Below, piece after piece: positions 19,376 to 28,448 of a stretch of 64,000 nt of DNA. The stretch lies in contig CAVZLW010000002.1 of NCBI GenBank assembly GCA_963776285.1, forward strand, positions 235,251-299,250, read 5' to 3'. The first letter of the stretch is position 1; each line of letters begins with the position of its first letter. The notes under the pieces are model-generated. The model was not told where the DNA came from, made no database searches, and saw nothing but the letters and a program-made list of their open reading frames with translations. The stretch comes from an uncultured Chloroflexia bacterium. GTDB taxonomy: Bacteria > Chloroflexota > Limnocylindria > Limnocylindrales > CSP1-4. Position numbers and translations under genes: made by a program.

Positions 19376-22300
19376 GTGGCCCGCCGATCCGAACCGCCCG
19401 CCGGCCCCGCCGCGACCGTGCCCGTCGAGGACCCGCTCGCGCGCTTCACGCCGCCCGTCGCGGCCTGGTTCCGCGACGCGTTCCTGGCTCCCACGAAGGC
19501 CCAGGTGGACGGATGGGCCGCGATCGCGGCGGGCGGCCACGTCCTGCTGCACGCCCCGACCGGGAGCGGCAAGACCCTCGCCGCATTCCTGTGGGGTCTG
19601 GACCGGCTCGTTCGCTCGCCGGACCCGCCGCGCACGGCCGCCGGCGGCGCGTCGGTCCGGATCCTGTACGTCAGCCCGCTCAAGGCCCTCACGTACGACG
19701 TGGAGCGCAACCTGCGGGCGCCGCTGGCGGGGATCGGGCTGGCCGGGAGGCGCCTGGGGACCCCGGTCCGCACCGTCTCGATCGCCTCGCGAACCGGCGA
19801 CACGCCGTCGGGGGAGCGGCGGGCCCTGGCGAAGAGCCCGCCCGAGATCCTCATCACGACGCCGGAGTCGCTCTACCTGCTCCTGACGTCGGCCGCTCGC
19901 GAGACGCTGCGGGGCGTCGAGCACGTCATCATCGACGAGGTCCACGCGATCGCCGGGACGAAGCGTGGCGCCCACCTGGCCCTGTCCCTGGAACGTCTCG
20001 AGCACCTGCGCGCCGCCGACGCCCCGCCCCTCCAGCGGATCGGCCTGTCGGCCACCCAGCGACCGCTGGAGACGATCGGGCGCTTCCTCGCCGGCTCGGG
20101 GCCGGATCGCGTCGTGACGATCGTCGACGCGGGCACCAGGAAGCGCCTCGACCTGCAGGTCGTCGTCCCGGTCGAGGACATGAGCCGACTCGGCGAAGCG
20201 CTTCCCCCGGAGGATCAGCCGGGCGGACCGGTCGCCCGCGGCGAGATGCGGGTCAGCATCTGGCCGGCGATCCACCCCCGCATCCTCGAGCTGATCCGGA
20301 GCCACCGCAGCACCCTCGTCTTCGTCAACAGCCGGCGCCTCGCCGAGCGTCTCGCCCAGCGCCTGAACGAGCTGGCCGGCGAGGAGCTGGTGAAGGCGCA
20401 CCATGGGTCGATCGCCCGGGAGCAGCGTGTCGCGATCGAGGAGGCGCTCAAGGAGGGCCGGCTGCCGGCGCTCGTGGCGACCTCGTCCCTGGAGCTCGGC
20501 ATCGACATGGGTGCGATCGACCTTGTCATCCAGGTCGAATCGCCGACCTCCGTCGCCCGCGGGCTGCAGCGGATCGGGCGCGCCGGGCACCAGGTCGACG
20601 AGGTGAGCAGCGGGGTCATCTTCCCGAAATACCGGGGCGACCTGCTGGAGTGCGCCGTCGTCGCCGAGCGGATGCGCGAGGGCTTGATCGAGGCCACGTC
20701 GATCCCACGCTCCCCGCTCGACGTCCTGGCCCAGCAGCTGGTGGCGATGGTCGTGATGGACCGCTGGTCGGTGGCCGACCTCCACGCGACGGTGACCCGC
20801 GCGTCGCCCTTCGACACGCTCACGCGGGAGGCGCTGGAGGGCGTGCTGGCGATGCTGGCGGGCGCCTACCCGTCGGACGAGTTCGCCGAGCTGAAGCCAC
20901 GCCTGGTCTGGGACCGGGTGGCGGACACCGTGGAGGGCCGGCGCGACGCGCGCGTCGTGGCCGTCACGTCGGGCGGCACGATCCCGGACCGCGGCCTGTA
21001 CGGCGTCTTCGTGGCCGGCGAGGCCGGGACGCCCGGCCGCCGGGTCGGCGAGCTCGACGAGGAGATGGTCTACGAGCTTCGGGCGGGGATGCACGGCGAC
21101 GTCATCGTCCTCGGCGCCAGCAGCTGGCGCGTCGCCGAGATCACGCCGGACCGGGTGGTCGTGGCGCCGGCGCCGGGCGAGCCCGGCAAGCTGCCCTTCT
21201 GGAAGGGCGACGCGGTGGGCCGGCCGATCGAGCTGGGCCGCGCCATCGGGGCGTTCGTCCGGGGCCTCGAGGCGGACCTGGGCCGGGGCGCGACGGGCCG
21301 GGCGACAGCGCTTGCGCGCCTCGGCGAGCGCCACCACCTCGACGCGCTGGCGGCGGAGAACCTCGTGGCGTACCTGGAGGACGAGCGCGATGCCGCCGGC
21401 GCCCTCCCGACCGACCGGCGCATCGTCGTGCAGCGGTTCCGCGACGAGCTGGGAGACTGGAGGCTGGTCCTGCTCACACCGTTCGGGGGGCGCGTCCACG
21501 CCCCCTGGGCCATGGCGATCGAGGCCCGCCTCCGCGAGCGCCTGGGGGCGGAGGTGGCGAGCATCTGGTCCGACGACGGGATCGCCATCCGCCTGCCCGA
21601 CGGCAATCTCGACGGCGTCGAGGAGGACCTCTTCCCCGATGCCGACGGGATCGAGGACCTCGTCGTCTCCGCCGTCGGCGGCTCTGCCCTCTTCGCCGCC
21701 CGGTTCCGCGAGAACGCCGCCCGCGCGCTCCTCCTGCCACGCCGCCGTCCGGGCACCCGGACCCCCCTGTGGCAGCAGCGGCAGCGCGCGGCAGACCTCC
21801 TTGCCGTGGCGAGCCGGTACGGCAGCTTCCCGATCCTCGTGGAGACGTACCGCGAATGCCTGGCCGACGTCTTCGACCTCCCGGCCCTGCGCGACGTCCT
21901 CCGGGGAGTGGAGCGCCGGGAGGTCGCCGTGCACCGCGTCGAGACGGCGCGGGCGACGCCCTTTGCCTCGTCGCTCCTGTTCGACTACGTCGCCGCCTAC
22001 ATGTACGAAGGCGACGCACCGCTCGCGGAGCGCCGGGCGCAGGCCCTGGCGCTCGACCGCGACCTGCTCCGCGAGCTGCTGGGCCAGGAGGAGCTGCGCG
22101 AGCTCCTCGATCCGGCCGCGCTCGAGGAGACGGAGCTCGAGCGGCAGGCGCTCGTCGACGATCGCAAGGCCGGGTCGGTGGACCAGGTGGCGGATCTGCT
22201 GCGCCGGCTGGGCGACCTGTCGGCTGGGGAGGTCGCCGCCCGGACGCGGGGAGGCGACCCGGCCGCGCGGGAGTGGCTCGAGACGCTGGCCGCGACGCGC

Positions 22301-24064
22301 CGCGCCGTCGTGGCGCGGATCGGTGCCGAGGCCCGCTGGATCGCCGTGGAGGACGCCGCGCGGTACCGCGACGCGACCGGGGCCCAGCCGCCGCCGGGGA
22401 CGCCGGCCGCGTTCCTCGGCGAGACGCGCGACGCCCTGGGCGGGCTCCTGTCGCGCTGGGCCCGGATGCATGGGCCTTTCGTGGCCGCCGAGCCGGCGCG
22501 CCGGTGGGGGCTCCCGGTGGGAATCGTGGAGGACGCGCTGGGCCGGCTGGTCGAGGCGGGCTCGCTCCTGCGGGGAGAGTTCCGTCCAGGCGGCGCCGAG
22601 CGCGAGTGGTGCGACCCGGACGTGCTCCGCATCCTGCGACGCCGGTCGCTGGCCCGTCTGCGTCGCGAGGTCGAGCCGGTGGAGCCCACGGCCCTCGCCC
22701 GGTTCCTGCCAGCCTGGCAGGGCGTGACCGCGGCCCCCGTCCCAGGGACGATCGGGGCGACGACCCCGACGCCGCTGCGCGGACAGGTGGCGCTGGAGCG
22801 GCTCGCGGAGGTCGTGGACCAGCTGGCAGGCGTGCCGGTCCCGGCATCCGTCCTCGAGCGCGACGTGCTCCCGGCCCGCGTGCCCGGCTACCAGCCGCGC
22901 CTTCTCGACGAGCTGGGTGCGCTCGGCGAGGTCGCCTGGGTCGGCTGCGGCCCGCTCGGCCGCGACGACGGGCGGATCGCCCTGTTTCGCCCCGGTCGGG
23001 GCGAGCTGCTCAGGCAAGCCCTCGTTGCGGGACAGGCGGCGGGTGGGCCTCGGCCGGACGGGGCGCGCCACGCGGCCATCCGGGAATGGCTTGGACGCCG
23101 TGGGGCGTCGTTCTATCGGGAGCTCTTCGGCGCGGCCCGCGGTGGCACGGACCGCGAGGTGCTGGACGCCCTGTGGGACCTCGTCTGGGCGGGCGAGGTG
23201 ACGAACGACACGTTTGCCCCCCTGCGGGCGCTGCGCTGGAAGCGGCCGGGGGGCGATCGCCGGTCGCGCCCCGGACGACTGGCGACGCTGGGTCCGCCGG
23301 AGGCAGCCGGGCGCTGGTCGCTGGCAGGGCTCCAGGAACCGGACGACGCCGGCGCGGGTCACCCGGGAGCCGAGCCGGCCGGCCCTGGTCCCGCGGGCGG
23401 CGCAGCCGGACTCCTGCCCGCGGGCGGCCCCACGCCCACCGAACGGCTGCACGCCCTGGCCCTGGCCCTCCTGGACCGGCACGGGGTGCTGACCCGCGAG
23501 GCGGTGATGAGCGAAGGGATCGACGGCGGCTTCGCAGGGATCTACCCGGTCCTGAGGGCCCTCGAGGAGGCCGGGCGGATCCGGCGCGGCTATTTCGTCG
23601 ACGGCCTCGGCGCCGCCCAGTTCGCGCTCGCGGGTGCCATCGACCGCCTGCGAGCCGTGCGCGAGCCCGAAGCGGACCGCCTCCGCGTGGACCTCCTCGC
23701 GGCGTCCGATCCGGCCCAGCCCTATGGGGCCGCGCTGCCGTGGCCCCGCCGCGACCACGACGACCGCCATCCATTCCAGCGCGCGGCCGGCGCCTACGTC
23801 GTCCTGGTCGACGGTACCGCGGTCCTGTACGTGGAGCGGGGCGGGAAGGGGCTGGTCACGTTCCCGGCCGCAGACGACCCGGAACGCGCTGCGCCCGCCC
23901 TCGCCGCGCTCGCCGGCCTGCTGGGCGAGGGCCGCCTGCGCGAGCTCGTCGTGACGCGCGTGGACGGGGTGCCGCTGGGGCCGGAGCACCCCTGGCGCTC
24001 CCGGCTGGTCGTTGCGGGCTTCGTGCCCGGCTACCGCGGCCTGGCGCTGCGGCCGCGTCGTTGA
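19376..24064 (+). CDS. lhr: Lhr family SF2 helicase, long form with C-terminal winged-helix/glycosylase-like region
   Basis: APTGSGKT, YVSPLKAL, TTPESL, IIDEVH, GLSAT, TSSLELGID, QRIGRAGH, LVWAGEVTND, RRGYFVDGLGAAQF. Confidence 0.95.
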   Translation: MARRSEPPAGPAATVPVEDPLARFTPPVAAWFRDAFLAPTKAQVDGWAAIAAGGHVLLHAPTGSGKTLAAFLWGLDRLVRSPDPPRTAAGGASVRILYVSPLKALTYDVERNLRAPLAGIGLAGRRLGTPVRTVSIASRTGDTPSGERRALAKSPPEILITTPESLYLLLTSAARETLRGVEHVIIDEVHAIAGTKRGAHLALSLERLEHLRAADAPPLQRIGLSATQRPLETIGRFLAGSGPDRVVTIVDAGTRKRLDLQVVVPVEDMSRLGEALPPEDQPGGPVARGEMRVSIWPAIHPRILELIRSHRSTLVFVNSRRLAERLAQRLNELAGEELVKAHHGSIAREQRVAIEEALKEGRLPALVATSSLELGIDMGAIDLVIQVESPTSVARGLQRIGRAGHQVDEVSSGVIFPKYRGDLLECAVVAERMREGLIEATSIPRSPLDVLAQQLVAMVVMDRWSVADLHATVTRASPFDTLTREALEGVLAMLAGAYPSDEFAELKPRLVWDRVADTVEGRRDARVVAVTSGGTIPDRGLYGVFVAGEAGTPGRRVGELDEEMVYELRAGMHGDVIVLGASSWRVAEITPDRVVVAPAPGEPGKLPFWKGDAVGRPIELGRAIGAFVRGLEADLGRGATGRATALARLGERHHLDALAAENLVAYLEDERDAAGALPTDRRIVVQRFRDELGDWRLVLLTPFGGRVHAPWAMAIEARLRERLGAEVASIWSDDGIAIRLPDGNLDGVEEDLFPDADGIEDLVVSAVGGSALFAARFRENAARALLLPRRRPGTRTPLWQQRQRAADLLAVASRYGSFPILVETYRECLADVFDLPALRDVLRGVERREVAVHRVETARATPFASSLLFDYVAAYMYEGDAPLAERRAQALALDRDLLRELLGQEELRELLDPAALEETELERQALVDDRKAGSVDQVADLLRRLGDLSAGEVAARTRGGDPAAREWLETLAATRRAVVARIGAEARWIAVEDAARYRDATGAQPPPGTPAAFLGETRDALGGLLSRWARMHGPFVAAEPARRWGLPVGIVEDALGRLVEAGSLLRGEFRPGGAEREWCDPDVLRILRRRSLARLRREVEPVEPTALARFLPAWQGVTAAPVPGTIGATTPTPLRGQVALERLAEVVDQLAGVPVPASVLERDVLPARVPGYQPRLLDELGALGEVAWVGCGPLGRDDGRIALFRPGRGELLRQALVAGQAAGGPRPDGARHAAIREWLGRRGASFYRELFGAARGGTDREVLDALWDLVWAGEVTNDTFAPLRALRWKRPGGDRRSRPGRLATLGPPEAAGRWSLAGLQEPDDAGAGHPGAEPAGPGPAGGAAGLLPAGGPTPTERLHALALALLDRHGVLTREAVMSEGIDGGFAGIYPVLRALEEAGRIRRGYFVDGLGAAQFALAGAIDRLRAVREPEADRLRVDLLAASDPAQPYGAALPWPRRDHDDRHPFQRAAGAYVVLVDGTAVLYVERGGKGLVTFPAADDPERAAPALAALAGLLGEGRLRELVVTRVDGVPLGPEHPWRSRLVVAGFVPGYRGLALRPRR

Positions 24065-24082
24065 TGCGACGCTGAGCGATCG

Positions 24083-24949
24083 ATGCCGGAGGGGGACACG
24101 CTCTTTCGCACGGCCGCCGGCCTCCGGCCGCATCTCGTCGGACGCAGGGTCGCGGTGGCCCGCGCCCGGGTCCCGGGCCCGGCCGTGGAGCGCGTGGTCG
24201 GGGCGACCGTGACCTCGGTCGACGCGATCGGCAAGAACCTCCTGGTCCGCTTCGACAACGGCCTGCAGCTGCGGACGCACCTCCGGATGCACGGCGCGTG
24301 GCATCGCTACCGGCCCGGGGAGCCATGGCGGCGACCCGCCGGCCGCGCCGTCCTCGTCCTGGAGGTTCCGGGGGCTGTGGCCGTCTGCTTCGACGCTCCC
24401 GTGGTCGAGCTGCTCGAGACGCGCGCCGAGGTCCTCCACCCGGCGCTGGCAGGCCTGGGTCCCGACGCGACCGCGGACGCCTTCGACCGGGACGAGGCGC
24501 TCCGGCGCCTGCGTGACCCGAAGCTCGGCGCCCTGACCGTCGCCGAGGCGCTCCTGGATCAGCGGGTGCTCGCCGGGATCGGGAATGTCTACAAGAGCGA
24601 GGTGCTCTTCATCGAGCGGGTCGACCCCTTTGCCCGGGTGGGCGACCTCGACGAGGCGACGTTCGGCAGGATCGTCGACCGAGCTCGTGCCCTCCTGCTC
24701 GCCAACCGCGCGACGGAGACCCGGGTGACGACGGGTCCCGCCGGGGGTGGTGCTCCGGCCGTGCATCTCCCCGGCGCGCGTCAGGCTCGCGGTGGCAGCC
24801 TCTGGGTCTACGGTCGCGGGGGACGACCCTGCCGCCGCTGCGGAGCGCTGGTCCGGGCGCGACGCCACGGAGCGTTGCCCCGGACGACGTACTGGTGCCC
24901 ACGCTGCCAGGATGGCCGTGCGCCTGCGGGAGAAGGAGGAAGGACATGA
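24083..24949 (+). CDS. nei: Fpg/Nei family DNA glycosylase/AP lyase
   Basis: N-terminal MPEGDT, GKNL, HLRMHG, H2TH motif LLDQRVLAGIGNVYKSE, Zn finger CRRC...CPRCQ. Confidence 0.93.
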   Translation: MPEGDTLFRTAAGLRPHLVGRRVAVARARVPGPAVERVVGATVTSVDAIGKNLLVRFDNGLQLRTHLRMHGAWHRYRPGEPWRRPAGRAVLVLEVPGAVAVCFDAPVVELLETRAEVLHPALAGLGPDATADAFDRDEALRRLRDPKLGALTVAEALLDQRVLAGIGNVYKSEVLFIERVDPFARVGDLDEATFGRIVDRARALLLANRATETRVTTGPAGGGAPAVHLPGARQARGGSLWVYGRGGRPCRRCGALVRARRHGALPRTTYWCPRCQDGRAPAGEGGRT

Positions 24950-25239
24950 CGGCGCGCGAGGTCGACGTCCGCTGCGGCCGCGCCGACGGCGGCTGGCTGT
25001 GCCTGGTCCGCGTGCGTGACGGCCCGTTCGCCACCGAGCACAGCGTGCGGGTGGAGCCCGGCGACCTCGACGCCCTCGATCCCGGCGCCGCGAACCCGGA
25101 ACGGCTCGTGCGGGCCGCGTTCGAGTTCCTGCTGGACCGGGAGCCGGCTTCATCGATCCTGCGCTCGTTCGACCTGCCGCTGATCGGGCACTACTTCCCG
25201 GGCTGGGAGGAGGACGTCCGCGGCCGCCTGGCGCGGTGA
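24946..25239 (+). CDS. Small hypothetical protein coupled to nei
   Basis: ATGA overlap with the nei stop and a strong AGGAGG RBS. 97 aa with a folded-looking core (FEFLLDREPASSILRSFDL..I..YFP). Confidence 0.75.
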   Translation: MTAREVDVRCGRADGGWLCLVRVRDGPFATEHSVRVEPGDLDALDPGAANPERLVRAAFEFLLDREPASSILRSFDLPLIGHYFPGWEEDVRGRLAR

Positions 25240-25324
25240 TCGCGTCGGAGGCGAGCGGCGCGGTTCCCCGGCAGATCGCCGTCCCGGCCGCAGCAGCGGG
25301 GAGAGGTCGTCAGGCAGGGGTCGA

Positions 25325-25708
25325 TCAGCCCGCGGGCGTCCCCTGGTGGAAGACCATCCGCCACCGGCCGGCATGCCTGCACCAGATCGAGGCACGCAGC
25401 GCGGTCGTCGGCGGCGCGCCGGCGCGGCCGGAACGGACGGAGCGATACGTGGCCAGCGCGACGTCGTCGGCCAGCCGTCGCACGGCGAAGTCAAGGATCC
25501 CGACGGCGCCGCTCTCCTCCGCGACGAGTGCCGCGATCATGGCCGGGCGATCGTAGGTCCGACCCGATGCTCCGACTTCCACGAAGTCCGGAGCGAGGCG
25601 CGCCTCGATCTCCGCGCGCGAACGGCGAACCTCCGGTCGCAGGAGGTCCTCCTCCAAGCGGAGCAGCGCGGCGGCCAGATCGAGATCAGCGGGGTTGCCG
25701 GCATCCAT
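25325..25708 (-). CDS. DUF4440 / NTF2-fold protein
   Basis: LEEDLLRPEVR, LAPDFVEVGASG, R.SIW....GRWRMVFHQGTP. Confidence 0.85.
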   Translation of the reverse strand: MDAGNPADLDLAAALLRLEEDLLRPEVRRSRAEIEARLAPDFVEVGASGRTYDRPAMIAALVAEESGAVGILDFAVRRLADDVALATYRSVRSGRAGAPPTTALRASIWCRHAGRWRMVFHQGTPAG

Positions 25709-25749
25709 GCGCAGAACGTAGCGCAGTGACCTGCGACGTGACGCGCCGT

Positions 25750-25817
25750 GCCGCCGGGTCGCCCCGTCGCGCCGCCGGATCGCCCCGCATGCCGCCGGAT
25801 CGCCCCGCATGCCGCCG
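25750..25817. repeat. 20-bp intergenic tandem repeat
   Basis: GCCGCCGGATCGCCCCGCAT exact at 25771-25790 and 25791-25810, a degenerate copy at 25750-25770, and a partial copy to 25817. Confidence 0.8.
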
Positions 25818-25896
25818 TGCCGCCGCTCCGCCGATCCGGCGCGGCGGGCCTGGCCCCCGCCACGCTGCGGGCCGGCGGCGGATACCATTCGGGCCC

Positions 25897-26583
25897 ATGT
25901 GTGAGCTCCTGGCCGTGCGCGCCGACGAGCCGTTCGAGCTGGGCGCCCTGTGGGACCTGGCGGCCGGCATGGAGCGCTATGGCCTCGCCGGCTACGGCTG
26001 GGGCGTCTCCTGGGCCCGCCCGGACGGCTCGCTCGACGCGTACCGGGCGACGACCGCGTTCCGCGACGACCCGCGCCGCGACGATGTCGGACGGACCGCG
26101 ACGACCTCGGCCCTGATCCACCTGCGCCGACCGTCGCGCTTCTCGTGGCTCGGGATGGCGGACACCCAACCGTTCGTCGACGCCGACGGCCGCTTCGCAT
26201 TCGCCCACAACGGGGAGCTGACCCGCCACCGCCGCTTCCGCGACGCGTATCGCGCCGCCGGCCGGATCCACGGTCGTGCCGACTCCGAGGTGGGCCTGCG
26301 CTGGCTCGAGGATGCCTGGCAGCTGCGGCGCCCGACCGGCGACCTCCTCGCCGCGCTCCACGAGGCGATGGGAGGGCCGGCGAACCTCGCGATCCTCGAG
26401 CCGGGCGGCGCGGCAACCGTCTACGCCGGAAACGACGAGAACCCGGTCTTCCGGTTCCGCCTCGGGCGGTTGCGCCTGCTGTCCACGGGGGTGTACTCGC
26501 TCGACCGGTCCTTCTTCCGGCTCGTCGCACCCGGCGCCGTCGAGCGTCGCCTCGTGCCGCGGCGGGGGATCGCGGCGCACTGA
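25897..26583 (+). CDS. Stand-alone class II glutamine amidotransferase / Ntn hydrolase (YafJ/EgtC-like)
   Basis: MCELL start with the N-terminal Cys nucleophile, GWG, HLR, TQPF, FAHNG, DSE. Confidence 0.85.
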   Translation: MCELLAVRADEPFELGALWDLAAGMERYGLAGYGWGVSWARPDGSLDAYRATTAFRDDPRRDDVGRTATTSALIHLRRPSRFSWLGMADTQPFVDADGRFAFAHNGELTRHRRFRDAYRAAGRIHGRADSEVGLRWLEDAWQLRRPTGDLLAALHEAMGGPANLAILEPGGAATVYAGNDENPVFRFRLGRLRLLSTGVYSLDRSFFRLVAPGAVERRLVPRRGIAAH

Positions 26584-26617
26584 GGTCGGGCCGGAGACCC
26601 CAGGTCTCGCCAGGTCG

Positions 26618-27511
26618 TCACCCCAGCCCGAAGGCCCGCCGGAAGCGCCCCGCGAGCGCCGCCGGATGGCGCAAATCCGCCAGCCAGCCGCTCCCCCAGG
26701 CGATCCAGGTGGCCGGCCGGAGGTAGCGGACGGGGTCGGGGTCGCGCCACAGCCAAGGAACGAGGCACCAGGCGAAGACCAGGTAGTCCACGCGGGCCGG
26801 GCGCGGGAACGCGAACAGGACCTGGAGCTGGACCAGGGTGGCGTCGAGCATGAGCACCGTCAGCACGCCCGCGATCGCCAGGAAGATGACGCCCCAGGTT
26901 CGGCCCCGTGGCGCCAGCAGGGGCAGGAAGACGACCGGGACCCACTTGAACGCCGTCGCGAGGGCCCACAGGAAGCCGGCCGTGCGCGGCGCCGTGAACT
27001 GGGCGGCCCAGATCATGAGGACGAGGAGCAGGTTGATGTTCCCCGTGTCCAGGTTCGCCAGGAAGGGGAACCCGAGGAGCAGCACGGTGACGGCGGTGGC
27101 GAGCGGATGGAGCCGGTAGGCCCAGCCGACGGACCATGCCAGCAGCACGACCATCGCCGCCCGCCAGACGAACCATGCGACGTCCCAGGGCAGGAGGGCC
27201 CACGGCACGAACGCAGGCAGGATCCACGGGGCGTAGACGTAGGGCATGAACGGGCCGGTGGGGTGGTACGGGTCGCCGCCGTTCAGCCAGATCCGGACGG
27301 CTGCCCAGTAGGCCCGGGCGTCCGCACCGGCCAGCTCCCCGCGGGCGAAGAGGGACGCGAAACCGACCCCCACGACGACCCCGAGGAGCAGGATCGCGAG
27401 GAGGTGCCGCGGCTGTCGGAGGCGTGCCGTCTCTCGCCGCAGGGCGCGGCGGAGGACGCCCGCGTGCGCGCGCGCCCGTGGGGACCTCCGGAGGGCCGCC
27501 GAGTGGGACAT
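26618..27511 (-). CDS. GT87/DUF2029 membrane glycosyltransferase (GT-C)
   Basis: D..AYW.A...WLNGGDPY, PYVYAP, GNIN.LL, ALATAFKW.P; multiple TM segments. Confidence 0.8.
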   Translation of the reverse strand: MSHSAALRRSPRARAHAGVLRRALRRETARLRQPRHLLAILLLGVVVGVGFASLFARGELAGADARAYWAAVRIWLNGGDPYHPTGPFMPYVYAPWILPAFVPWALLPWDVAWFVWRAAMVVLLAWSVGWAYRLHPLATAVTVLLLGFPFLANLDTGNINLLLVLMIWAAQFTAPRTAGFLWALATAFKWVPVVFLPLLAPRGRTWGVIFLAIAGVLTVLMLDATLVQLQVLFAFPRPARVDYLVFAWCLVPWLWRDPDPVRYLRPATWIAWGSGWLADLRHPAALAGRFRRAFGLG

Positions 27512-27565
27512 CGTTGGGGCGAGTATCGCACGACCATTTCGGCCGCCGGTATACTCCCCGGGCCC

Positions 27566-28402
27566 ATGCCTACCGGCCATCTGATCGTGATCGGCGGCGC
27601 GGAGGACAAGATCCGCGACCGGGTCATCCTCAGCCGGTTCGTCGCGCTCGCCGGCGGGAGGCGGGCCCGGATCGCCGTCATCGCCACTGCCTCGTCCTTT
27701 GCCGTGGAGGTGGGGGAGCGCTATCGCCAGGTGTTCACCGACCTCGGTGCCGGGCATGTCGACCCGATCCTGGCACAGGCTCGCCCGGCCGCCAACGACG
27801 AAGCCCTCGCCGAGGTGGTGGACGGCGCCTCGGGGGTTTTTCTCACCGGCGGCAACCAGCTCCGCCTCTCCTCGACGATCGGCGGGACGCGGCTCTCGCG
27901 GGCGATCGAGGAGCGCCACCGCGCCGGCGCCGTGGTGGCCGGGACGAGCGCCGGTGCCTCGGCCCTCTCGACGCACATGATCGCCTTCGGTGCGTCGGGC
28001 CTCACGCCCAAGCAGCGGATGGCCCAGATCAGCGCCGGCCTCGGCCTCCTCCCCGGCGTGATCATCGACCAGCACTTCCAGCAGCGCAACCGGCTTGGCC
28101 GGCTGCTGGCCCTTGTGGCCCAGAACCCCAGCCTGCTGGGGATCGGCGTGGACGAGGACACCGCCGGCGTGGTCACCCCCGACCATGTCATCGAGGTGAT
28201 CGGGCGAGGCAGCGTTACGATCGTCGATGGCACCGCGGCCGAGACCGACGCCTGGGAGGTCGCGGGACACCGCCCGCTCATGATCAGCAACGTCGTGATG
28301 CACTCGCTGCCCGCAGGCTACCGATTCGACCTGCGGCGTCGCGCCAGGATCGCGACCGCGGCGCTGCGCTCGATGCCCGGTGCCGAGGTCGCCTCCGAGT
28401 AG
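27566..28402 (+). CDS. cphB: Cyanophycinase
   Basis: LIVIGGAEDK, FLTGGNQLRL, GTSAGA (catalytic Ser), IIDQHF.QRNR.GRL, GVDEDT. Directly upstream of cphA. Confidence 0.95.
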   Translation: MPTGHLIVIGGAEDKIRDRVILSRFVALAGGRRARIAVIATASSFAVEVGERYRQVFTDLGAGHVDPILAQARPAANDEALAEVVDGASGVFLTGGNQLRLSSTIGGTRLSRAIEERHRAGAVVAGTSAGASALSTHMIAFGASGLTPKQRMAQISAGLGLLPGVIIDQHFQQRNRLGRLLALVAQNPSLLGIGVDEDTAGVVTPDHVIEVIGRGSVTIVDGTAAETDAWEVAGHRPLMISNVVMHSLPAGYRFDLRRRARIATAALRSMPGAEVASE

Positions 28403-28448
28403 CCGGCCGGCGACCGACCCGCGCAGCGCGACGAAGGGAGAGGCAACC

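Noticed and set aside
18512-25153. 2213-aa minus-strand ORF and 1520-aa alternative plus-frame ORF over lhr
   Set aside because: Shadow ORFs caused by high GC and codon bias. They are Arg/Pro/Gly-rich with no motifs, while the lhr frame carries all helicase motifs.
25750-25817. Possible CRISPR array
   Set aside because: The repeats are contiguous with no spacers, and no cas genes are present.
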